Origin: Planctopirus limnophila DSM 3776
GTDB lineage: Bacteria; Planctomycetota; Planctomycetia; Planctomycetales; Planctomycetaceae
Length of the DNA stretch: 32,000 bases
Reading direction: 5' to 3'
Assembly: GCF_000092105.1 (NCBI RefSeq)
Contig: NC_014148.1
Coordinates: forward strand, 4,470,001-4,502,000
Notes under the pieces: generated by a model
Told to the model about the DNA's origin: nothing
What the model saw: only the letters and a program-made list of their open reading frames with translations
Databases searched by the model: none
Shown here: piece after piece, positions 18,246 to 26,145 of the stretch
How positions within the stretch are numbered: position 1 is the stretch's first letter
Layout of the letters: every line of letters starts with the position of its first letter
Translations under genes and position numbers: made by a program

Positions 18246-18764
18246 TTATGGATAGAACGGGCTGTTGTTGTTGCGGTAGCTGTTGTTGGCCGATGGGTAG
18301 GTTCGGTATCGGTCATTGCTGTAGTAGTTCGAAGGTGTCGAATAGTTATAGTTATTGACCGGTGCCTGGTACTGGTATGGCCGACTGTAATTCACGGGAG
18401 CGTAAACCGGCTGGCCAAAGTTACTGCTGTTGCCGTAGTACCCGTTGTTGGCGGGGAAGCACTGGCCGTTGGCGCAGTTGACCGGTGGGCAGACACCGCC
18501 CGGGCAGTTTCCATAGACGCCTGTGTTGTTCTGGTAAGAGACAGGAGCGTACGAAACAGGACGGGCATAGCCATTGTTATAGGCTGGTGCATAGCTGACT
18601 GGCTGGTAGCGATTCACGGCTGGTGGGCAGTTCCCGGTATTGCAGTTATTAGCAGGTGGCTGGAGGATGCCCAGCCCCATGTTCGGCAACCATTGAGCCT
18701 GAGCTGACGATGCAGCCAATCCGATTGTCAGAGCGGCCATTGAGAAGAGTGTCTTGAAGGTCAT
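18246..18764 (-). CDS. Secreted low-complexity N/Y/P/G-rich protein with three CX4C motifs
   Basis: Signal peptide ...LAASSAQA-QW. SD GAGGAAG upstream of the ATG at 18764. Motifs NCNTGNCPP, NCPGGVCPP, NCANGQCFP. Repeated PVSYAP. Confidence 0.75.
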   Translation of the reverse strand: MTFKTLFSMAALTIGLAASSAQAQWLPNMGLGILQPPANNCNTGNCPPAVNRYQPVSYAPAYNNGYARPVSYAPVSYQNNTGVYGNCPGGVCPPVNCANGQCFPANNGYYGNSSNFGQPVYAPVNYSRPYQYQAPVNNYNYSTPSNYYSNDRYRTYPSANNSYRNNNSPFYP

Positions 18765-19300
18765 GATTCGCTTCCTCTATGAAGAGTTTGCCGCGTGGAT
18801 CTTCCCTGTGATGCAGCACAGGCCGAAGAGCTGCGACTGATGTTCTTTCGCCAGGTGTCTCCTTGGCGGGAACGTCGAATCCTTTATGCACCATCTGTGC
18901 CAATCGAAAAAATCCGTTCGACGACTATTCCGCAGCGGTGTACGCACCGTCAAACTCTACGCACTCCCCTCCATCCTCACAGACCCACTGAACTTCTTAC
19001 ACTTGCAAATATCATTTATACACACCACCACGTCTTGAAGATATCGTATTGATAACACCCCTATTTTGGTGGTTCGTAATTCTTTCAGGGAGGGGATGGC
19101 AGAATTTCCAAAGTTACAACCCGGGTGTCAGTCGTTCGGCGGGTCCTGCCGATTTCTCATCACAAATTGCTTTTTTGACACGTTTTCAGGGGATTTATCG
19201 CTGTGCCAAAGCGAATGGCACGGTCTCTGCATTAGGGTGGAGGCATGGCGAACGGCAAGGAGCCTCGCCAGGAACCACAACAAGACGAGAGGATGCGATC

Positions 19301-19528
19301 ATGCTGGTACTGACACGCAAACGAAATGAAACGATTCAAATTGGCCAGGATATTGTTATCCGAGTGATTCACACAAGCACAGGTGCGGTCAAGATTGGTA
19401 TTGAAGCCCCACGGGAAGTCTCCGTTGTGCGTGGTGAACTGGCTCAGCAGCGACTCGCTGCGGCACTGGGTTCCCAGGGAGTCGAAGTGAGCCACGAAGC
19501 CGCCGCCACGTTACTGGCCGCTGGTTAA
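19301..19528 (+). CDS. csrA: Carbon storage regulator CsrA (75 aa, extended C-tail)
   Basis: MLVLTRKRNETIQIGQDIVIRVIHTSTGAVKIGIEAPREVSVVRGEL matches the CsrA fold signature. ATG at 19301; the listed longer ORF uses an upstream non-ATG start. Confidence 0.9.
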   Translation: MLVLTRKRNETIQIGQDIVIRVIHTSTGAVKIGIEAPREVSVVRGELAQQRLAAALGSQGVEVSHEAAATLLAAG

Positions 19529-19605
19529 TTCGCAGGGACTGCTGTGGACGGTCGGAAATGCAGGGGTTGTATGGGGTTGGTTTCTGTTTCGGGTTTTTCA
19601 CTTTC

Positions 19606-19634
19606 GGGCCATTGAGATCAATGGGCCCTTTTGA
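19606..19634 (+). terminator. Hairpin GGGCCATTGA-GA-TCAATGGGCCC followed by TTTTGA (csrA terminator/attenuator)
   Basis: Stem of ~10 bp plus a T-run, sitting 78 nt after the csrA stop and only 17 nt before the peptidase ATG. Confidence 0.5.
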
Positions 19635-19650
19635 CAAGGAAGGATGCATC

Positions 19651-21783
19651 ATGAAGCTGTTTCAAGTCATGGCACGCACAACCGGGGTTTTCGCAACTCG
19701 ACTGATCTTCGCGGGGGCTGTTGTGGCACTGCTGGGGATTCAGGCACAGGCTCAAAACTATGGGCCCGATGAGACCAGAAGTCGCAACGACTTTCCTGCT
19801 TATGAAGGGCGGAATAGCACCTGGTCGAATGATCGATCTGAGCGGACACGCCCGCAGCTGGATCGCCCTGTTGATCCACGCGATGAGATGTACTGGCCGA
19901 ACCCGGTGAGCAATTCGCTTTCTCGCCAGCAGATCGAAGACCGTTTGTTCGACGATCGCAGGAACTATGGAGGATTGAATGACCCTGTCCGATCAAATGA
20001 CTGGCAACAGCCGGCCCGTCGGCCATCGTCGGATCTGATCAGCGACTCCCGCGATCGTGAGCGCGATGCATTTCCCTATAGCACTCAGCCCTATGGTACC
20101 GGTCGCTATGATACGGGTCCTAACGACAATGGCCGCTACGATAGCAGTCGCTATGAAACTCGCTATCGCGAAGAGCTGTACCGTAACGATGATTCTCGGA
20201 ACCTCCCATTTGATTCCCGTTGGAACAATGCCCGTGATCGCAGCCGAGATTTTGTGCCGACAGCTCCCAGCAGCTGGGATCGGAACAGCAACTGGAACAA
20301 TAGCAGCAACATGCCGCAGGATCCCCGGCTGGAACCCGCTCCTGCCACTTTGCAGAAGAATCACCCCACAATCCAGCAGTTGATTTCGAGGCGGTATCGT
20401 GATCAGAGAATCTTGCAGACTTTAAGCTCGATGTCGCCACAGGCTGCTGAATCGTTCTATCTGGAAACGGCTCAACTGATCGATGCCCGGGCCTTAGCTC
20501 CTTCGGCCTATCCGGTTCGAACAGCAAAAGCGTTAGAAAACCTGTATGTCGCGGTGGATAACCAGGAGTTCGTGAATGCCAACCGGTTGCAGGTTGCTCC
20601 TCAACAGCGGGCTGCCTTTCAGCAGGCGATTTCACAGATCGGTGGACAAGCTCAACCACGCAATGCACAGGAAGCGATTCAGGTCATGCGGCAGGTGGCA
20701 CAAATGAGTCAGCAAATCGTCGGTTTGCGTCCTCAAGTTGTCGCGATGGAGTTTACCTATGGTGCACTGGAAACACTCGATGAATATTCGACCTTCATGC
20801 CCAATGAAGTCAGTGGCGGGCCCAGTACACAATTGGGTGAAAGCCTGGTGGGGATTGGCGTAGAAATCGAAGCTCATCCTTTAGGACTCAAAGTGCTCAA
20901 GGCGATTACTGGCGGGCCGGCAGCACAGGCCACCATCAAGCGAGGCGACATTATTACGATGATTGGCGGGCGGTCGATTGCCGGTATGGAACTCGATGAA
21001 GCGGCCAATCTGATCAAGGGCCCACTCGGATCGATGGTGCAGCTTCAGGTGAAACGAGGTGACTACATTGCCGATATGTCGTTGATGCGGAGCCGAGTGC
21101 AGATTCAAAGCGTGGCTGAAGTTCGTATGGAAGATCAGGTCAACAAGGTGGGGTACATCAAGCTCGACAAGTTTGCCGAAACAACCAGCCGGGAATTGGA
21201 TCAGGCTTTGATGAATCTGCACCAGCAGGGGATGCAATCGCTGATTCTCGACTTGCGGGGAAACCCCGGCGGCTTATTGACCACAGCGATCGAAGTGACC
21301 AACCGGTTTCTGCCAGGTGGAACGATTGTCAGTACGAAAGGGCGTAACCAGGCGGATAACAGTCAGGAAGTGGCCAACTACCCGAATACCTGGAAAGTGC
21401 CACTGGTGGTGCTGATCGACAACAACAGTGCCAGTGCCAGTGAGATCTTTGCCGCCGCAATTCAGGATCATCAGCGTGGCGTGGTTGTCGGTCAAAGGTC
21501 TTATGGTAAAGGTTCCGTTCAGACACAGTTTCCACTCAAGACGGTGAATGGAGGATTAAAGCTGACGACGGCCAAATTCTACGCTCCTTCGGGCCGGGAA
21601 ATGGCAGGTCAGGGTGTGATTCCAGATGTCGCAGTTCCTCTGGCACAGAATGCAATGGATACGGTGGATTACGATATGCAGGCGGCTGTGAAGCTGGCCA
21701 CAGACAGCACCACCCGCAACATGGCTGAGACGATTGCCAGGCGTTATGCCCCGCAGAATCAGTTCTTAGGGCAGGCGGGGTAG
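19651..21783 (+). CDS. S41 family C-terminal processing peptidase with PDZ domain and long disordered N-terminal region
   Basis: ATG at 19651 after AAGGAAGGA. Signal peptide ...ALLGIQAQA. PDZ (GIGVEIEAH..GGPAAQATIKRGDII). LDLRGNPGGLL, DNNSASASEIFA (Ser nucleophile), YGKGSVQ (Lys). Confidence 0.9.
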   Translation: MKLFQVMARTTGVFATRLIFAGAVVALLGIQAQAQNYGPDETRSRNDFPAYEGRNSTWSNDRSERTRPQLDRPVDPRDEMYWPNPVSNSLSRQQIEDRLFDDRRNYGGLNDPVRSNDWQQPARRPSSDLISDSRDRERDAFPYSTQPYGTGRYDTGPNDNGRYDSSRYETRYREELYRNDDSRNLPFDSRWNNARDRSRDFVPTAPSSWDRNSNWNNSSNMPQDPRLEPAPATLQKNHPTIQQLISRRYRDQRILQTLSSMSPQAAESFYLETAQLIDARALAPSAYPVRTAKALENLYVAVDNQEFVNANRLQVAPQQRAAFQQAISQIGGQAQPRNAQEAIQVMRQVAQMSQQIVGLRPQVVAMEFTYGALETLDEYSTFMPNEVSGGPSTQLGESLVGIGVEIEAHPLGLKVLKAITGGPAAQATIKRGDIITMIGGRSIAGMELDEAANLIKGPLGSMVQLQVKRGDYIADMSLMRSRVQIQSVAEVRMEDQVNKVGYIKLDKFAETTSRELDQALMNLHQQGMQSLILDLRGNPGGLLTTAIEVTNRFLPGGTIVSTKGRNQADNSQEVANYPNTWKVPLVVLIDNNSASASEIFAAAIQDHQRGVVVGQRSYGKGSVQTQFPLKTVNGGLKLTTAKFYAPSGREMAGQGVIPDVAVPLAQNAMDTVDYDMQAAVKLATDSTTRNMAETIARRYAPQNQFLGQAG

Positions 21784-21886
21784 TAGGGGATTGTGGGTGG
21801 ATGGTGGGGAGTTGATGGTGGACTTTACGATGTCGTCTTTGCCAGGGTTGGTTATCTCTCGATAAAGAATGATGTCAGAAAACGAG

Positions 21887-21920
21887 AGAGCCCGGCGTGA
21901 GATTCACGCCGGGCTCTTTT
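21887..21920. terminator. Bidirectional Rho-independent terminator
   Basis: Perfect 14-bp stem AGAGCCCGGCGTGA-GAT-TCACGCCGGGCTCT followed by TTT. The upstream side is A-rich, serving the minus-strand gene. Confidence 0.8.
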
Positions 21921-21978
21921 CGTTCAGATTATCAGTGTTGGCCAGAAAACCATTTGACAGGTTTCACGGACTGGCTGA

Positions 21979-22350
21979 TTACTCGGGCTTGGCTGGTTCT
22001 GCTGGAGTGGCGGCATCGACGGCCTTTGCAGCAGCATCCTTGGCGGCTTCAGCGCCTTCTTTGGCCTTCTCGGCAGCCACGTCAGCAGCTCCCTTGACGG
22101 CTTCAACGGCTTCGCCGGTCTTTTCCTTCACGGCCTCAGCAGCCTTGTCGGCGGTTTCCTTGGCGGCTTCCGCAGCTTCGCCAGCCTTTTCAACAGTTTC
22201 TTTCGCAGCTTCTGCAGCACCATCAACGGCCTGCTTGGCACCTTCGGCGGCCTTGTCGATGGTGGCGGCTGGCTTATCGGCACAACCAGCAATCAGGGCG
22301 AATCCACACAACAGAGCCGGGAGGGCGGCTGACATCGAAAACTTACGCAT
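21979..22350 (-). CDS. Lipoprotein with LEA-like A/E/K-rich ~11-residue repeats
   Basis: ATG at 22350 (GGAGA upstream). Lipobox LIAGC. Repeats AVDGAAEAAKE/TVEKAGEAAEA/AKETADKAAEA/VKEKTGEAVEA/VKGAADVAAEK. The listed 165-aa ORF is over-extended. Confidence 0.75.
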   Translation of the reverse strand: MRKFSMSAALPALLCGFALIAGCADKPAATIDKAAEGAKQAVDGAAEAAKETVEKAGEAAEAAKETADKAAEAVKEKTGEAVEAVKGAADVAAEKAKEGAEAAKDAAAKAVDAATPAEPAKPE

Positions 22351-22553
22351 GACGGGAATCTCCGGGAAGGTTCGGTTGAGGTCATTGTCATACCGGACGA
22401 ATGAGGCCTCAAACCGAAAGTAACAATCAAGGTGAAAGTTTCTGCCCACCGCCAGAGTGTTATGGAAAGGGAGCATTCCTTTGCCAACACCCTGAGGGTG
22501 AAGACCTTCCCGGCAGGTCTCACGCTGAGCATTTCACTGCTCCGCGAACATCC

Positions 22554-22835
22554 TTATGACCTTGTCTCTTCAGACTGTGAGCGAACAACTACATGGTTGT
22601 ACACGCGCCAACCATCTGGTGTCACCATTTGAATCTCTTCCGCAGCGATAAGTTTCGTAAAGTACGAACTGACGAAGCCGGTTATGCGGGCCACGCGATC
22701 TTCGCAGGTTACGTTGAGTTTTTGCAACTCCTTGTAAGGGGATCGATGCAGCCTCTTATCGATCTCCCGGGCCACATGCAGCGTCGCGATATGACGGTCA
22801 AGAGATTTTCCCGAACTGTGGAGAGTGCTGATCAT
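22554..22835 (-). CDS. BON domain protein (OsmY-like, 93 aa)
   Basis: LNVTCEDRVARITGFVSSYFTKLIAAEEIQMVTPDGWRVYNHVVV fits the BON pattern (v.v..G.V.L.G.V.s...k..a......GV..V.N.l.V). Confidence 0.7.
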   Translation of the reverse strand: MISTLHSSGKSLDRHIATLHVAREIDKRLHRSPYKELQKLNVTCEDRVARITGFVSSYFTKLIAAEEIQMVTPDGWRVYNHVVVRSQSEETRS

Positions 22836-23029
22836 AGGGCTTCGTCCCTTCCCATTAAGTGTTGAGACAGGCCATCGCTCCTATAGCGAAAACCAGTAGC
22901 CGATCGAGGGCGACTTCGAAATGATGCGAGAAATTCAGAAGCGAACTCGCACCTGGAAATTTGACGAGCCTGAAGTTTGACGAGCGAAAGGTGATCATCA
23001 CCTCACGGCCCCTCAGCCTATGGGCAAAT

Positions 23030-23194
23030 TCACATCACGGGCTTACGTCCCGTGAGGAGCGAGATCACTGCCAGGATCAGAAAAACCACAAACAGAGCCT
23101 GAGCAATCCATGTCGCAGTACCGACAATCTGACTGAAGCCCAGAAGCCCGGCAATGATCGCAAGAATGAAGAATGTCAGCGCCCAGTGAAGCAT
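23030..23194 (-). CDS. DUF1328 (UPF0391/YtjA-like) small membrane protein, 54 aa
   Basis: Not in the ORF track because it is under 60 aa. Hand translation: MLHWALTFFILAIIAGLLGFSQIVGTATWIAQALFVVFLILAVISLLTGRKPVM, matching the DUF1328 pattern M.RWAL.F..IA.IA..LGF.GIAG.A..IAK.LF..FL.LF..SL..GR. Confidence 0.7.
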   Translation of the reverse strand: MLHWALTFFILAIIAGLLGFSQIVGTATWIAQALFVVFLILAVISLLTGRKPVM

Positions 23195-23808
23195 GATCCA
23201 CTCTCTGAATAGCCTCGGAAGTCAGTCACGGAGATAAGAAAAGCCATAAGTTTTGGCGACCTGCCACTGGCTTAGATGGGTTTTCGTGTTCTTCGGTTTG
23301 CGGAATCAGCAAGTCGTTGATGGGGCATCACTGGTTCCCTGCTGCGAAGTTACTTTCCGATGCAACCGCGGTGCCAAACTTGATTGTCAATTCAGAATGA
23401 TTGACGCAAACGATTGTCAGGTATGAAGGTACGGCATTTTCGATGGGGGCGTGATATTTTGTTATTAACCTCAGAACCGCAGTGCTGAATGACGAGCCGC
23501 CAGTCGATGGCCGAAAATCAGTCGGCACGAAAACAGCTGTCAAGGCGAGGTGGTCGCTCAGGCAGCAGAAGAGTTGAGCTTTCCGGTTTTAGAAGTCCCC
23601 TTCAATGCCCGTTCTATGAGTGGTCTGAGAGTTGCTGAAATCGTTGTCTCCTGAAAAATCGCACTCTCGCGATGAGACGAAAGCAAAAATCTGGGCCGAG
23701 TCTGGTTTCGATGTGGACAATCAATTCAGCTGGAGGCAGCTTAGCAATTGGGCGAATTCTCAACGTGGCTCGGCCAACGTCATTCACCCCCAAAACTGGA
23801 GAGAATCA

Positions 23809-24033
23809 ATGTTCGAAAACCTTATCGACTTGTTCCTGTGGATTGGCTTTGGACTGGTGGTCGGGCTGATTGCCCGCTTCTTTGTGCCGGGAAGGCAAAG
23901 ACTGGGGTTATTTTTGACCATCGGGCTGGGGATTGCCGGTTCATTTGCCGGTGGGCTGCTGAACTCGGTAATTTCGGGAGTGGCCCCGCTTTGCAGCCTT
24001 CCAGGTGGATCATGTCGATTATTGGTGCCGTGA
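23809..24033 (+). CDS. GlsB/YeaQ/YmgE-family transglycosylase-associated membrane protein (apparently frameshifted; homologous C-terminus continues in another frame to 24077)
   Basis: ATG at 23809 after GGAGAG. WIGFGLVVGLIARFFVPGRQRLGLFLTIGLGIAGSFAGGLL matches the YeaQ pattern. The last TM (FGSGPALQPSRWIMSIIGAVIVLLIAGQI) is encoded in frame 3. Confidence 0.75.
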   Translation: MFENLIDLFLWIGFGLVVGLIARFFVPGRQRLGLFLTIGLGIAGSFAGGLLNSVISGVAPLCSLPGGSCRLLVP

Positions 24034-24150
24034 TCGTGCTGCTGATTGCCGGGCAGATCAATTCTCGAAATCGCTGATGTTCGTGTCGAATCCCGAGCGT
24101 GGAATCTCGACTGGTCCTGTTGAGTTTTGGTACTGATCACCTGGCAAGAG

Positions 24151-26145
24151 ATGGTTTTGGCTGTGGAACGATCTGCCCGTATTCGCGAACTTTGTCAGAG
24201 TGCCTTGGATTCGGGGGCACTCTCGGAATCGGCACGGTTGCGAATCGAAAAATGGCTGGCAGACGACCAGTATGCGGAGTACCAGCCGGCCATCGAAGAG
24301 GATCTTGCAAGGCAACACTGGCCCCAACTCGAGGCGGCTTTTGGGACAATTCTTCCCTTTGGCACAGGTGGCCGACGAGGAGTGATGAGTCCTTATGGGA
24401 CAGCCACCATCAATGGCCGCACGATTGCCGAATCGGCCTATGGACTGGCGAGTTATCTGCGGGAAGTTCTCTCCCAGCGTGGCGAAGCTCAGCCACCGGT
24501 GGTGGTCATTGCCTGTGATTCGCGGCATCGGTCGCTGGAGTTTGCCCGGTTATCTGCCGAAGTCTGTGCGAGTGCTGGTTGCCGGGTGAAACTCTTCAAA
24601 GAACCACGCGCGACTCCCGAACTTTCCTTTGCCGTGAGATATCTCCAGGCGGATGCCGGGATTGTCATTTCGGCTTCGCATAATCCGCCCGCGGATAATG
24701 GATTCAAGGCGTACTGGTCGAATGGCGGGCAGATTGTGCCGCCCCATGATCGGCAGATTCTCGAGCGCATTGCAAAGATCCAGTCGTTACCTCCTCGTAC
24801 GGAACAGGTGGGAGCATCAGCACTCATCGACTTCCTGGGGAGTGATCTCGACGATGCGTACCTCGAAGCTTTGGCCCAGCAATCGATTCTTCGCCTGAGT
24901 GATGAGGATCGCGCAGCCATCAGGATTCTCTACACGCCGCTGCATGGAGTGGGGAACAGTTCGGCTGGTGAAGTTTTACGCCGGGAAGGGTTTTCGGGGA
25001 CGAAGCTGTTCGAATTGCAAAGCGCGCTGGATGGTGGCTTTCCCTTCGTGAAGGATCATCTTCCCAATCCTGAGCGGGATGCCGTGTTTCAGGATGCCAT
25101 CGAGTTTGCGAATCAAAGCCAAGCCCAGGGGCAGGGTTTTGATCTGATCATGGCGACCGATCCAGACGCCGATCGCTTGCGGGTGGCTGTGCGCGATCTT
25201 TCCAGCAGCCAGAAAGTAAAACCCTGGGTACTCCTATCGGGGAATCAGTTGGGCGCATTGCTGGTTGATTTTGCGTTGTCATATCGCGACTGGCCCCAGG
25301 ATGCGTATGTTGTGCAGACGATGGTGACGTCTCCGTTGATCAGCCGGATTGCGAAATCGAAGGGAGTGCGAGTGATCGATAAACTCCCGGTCGGTTTCAA
25401 ATACATTGGCGAAACGATTGATGCCGAAGGCCCGGCGGGATTCGTTTTTGGAGCCGAGGAATCGCTGGGGTATCTGGCAGGGAATTATGCTCGCGATAAA
25501 GACGCAGCTTTAGCAACGTTATGGACTGCCGAACTGGCGGCGATGTTGAAAGCCCGGGGCGAAACCTTGCTGGACCGCTTGCGGCAGATCTACAAAAGTC
25601 ATGGGCTCGATGTGGAATCGCTCTGGCCGATTCGCCAGTTTGCAGATAGCGCACAACCTCAAGAGGCCACTCCGTCAGCGGCTCATCAGGTGGTGGAGCA
25701 GATCCGCCTGCGCATGCAGCAGTTAAGACTCAATCCACCAGTGAGTCGAGCAGTCTGTCATCTCGACGATGATGTTTCGTGGCAACAAATGGATGATCTG
25801 CTGGAACGCAAGACCTGGGAAGCACAGGCCACTTCCGTCACATCGACTGGTGATGCTCGACCACTGGTGGAGCCTTATCCGGTGGCTGATATGTGCTGGC
25901 TGTTTGGCCATACGATCGAGGGTGCCGAAGTCGCACTGGCTTTGCGACCATCGGGGACGGAACCTTTGTTGAAGGTTTATCTCTTCAGCCGGTTGGCCCC
26001 GGAGTTATGGGAGGGAGAAGATCCCCTGGAGCGGCGTGAGGTGGAGGCCAGGCGACATGCACGGCTGGTGGAAAAGTTTCTGGCGGAACATTTTCAACCA
26101 CCAGCCGTACCGATGACCCGTGGTGATGTTCAGGGCTCTCGATGA
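24151..26145 (+). CDS. Alpha-D-phosphohexomutase (phosphoglucomutase/phosphomannomutase family)
   Basis: Phosphoserine loop GIVISASHNPPADNGFK, metal loop ATDPDADR, sugar loop GAEESLGY, phosphate loop RPSGTEPLLKVY. ATG at 24151; the listed TTG at 24127 is also possible. Confidence 0.9.
   Translation: MVLAVERSARIRELCQSALDSGALSESARLRIEKWLADDQYAEYQPAIEEDLARQHWPQLEAAFGTILPFGTGGRRGVMSPYGTATINGRTIAESAYGLASYLREVLSQRGEAQPPVVVIACDSRHRSLEFARLSAEVCASAGCRVKLFKEPRATPELSFAVRYLQADAGIVISASHNPPADNGFKAYWSNGGQIVPPHDRQILERIAKIQSLPPRTEQVGASALIDFLGSDLDDAYLEALAQQSILRLSDEDRAAIRILYTPLHGVGNSSAGEVLRREGFSGTKLFELQSALDGGFPFVKDHLPNPERDAVFQDAIEFANQSQAQGQGFDLIMATDPDADRLRVAVRDLSSSQKVKPWVLLSGNQLGALLVDFALSYRDWPQDAYVVQTMVTSPLISRIAKSKGVRVIDKLPVGFKYIGETIDAEGPAGFVFGAEESLGYLAGNYARDKDAALATLWTAELAAMLKARGETLLDRLRQIYKSHGLDVESLWPIRQFADSAQPQEATPSAAHQVVEQIRLRMQQLRLNPPVSRAVCHLDDDVSWQQMDDLLERKTWEAQATSVTSTGDARPLVEPYPVADMCWLFGHTIEGAEVALALRPSGTEPLLKVYLFSRLAPELWEGEDPLERREVEARRHARLVEKFLAEHFQPPAVPMTRGDVQGSR

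Noticed and set aside
18213-18707. 164-aa V/A/R-rich plus-strand ORF
   Set aside because: It is antisense to the N/Y-rich secreted protein gene, which has an SD and a signal peptide. It would also begin inside the bidirectional terminator region.
21869-22423. 184-aa A/S-rich plus-strand ORF
   Set aside because: It is the mirror image of the minus-strand A/E/K-rich lipoprotein gene. It contains the strong terminator hairpin (21887-21920) within its 5' part. It has no signal or SD features, whereas the minus-strand ORF has an SD, a signal peptide and a lipobox.
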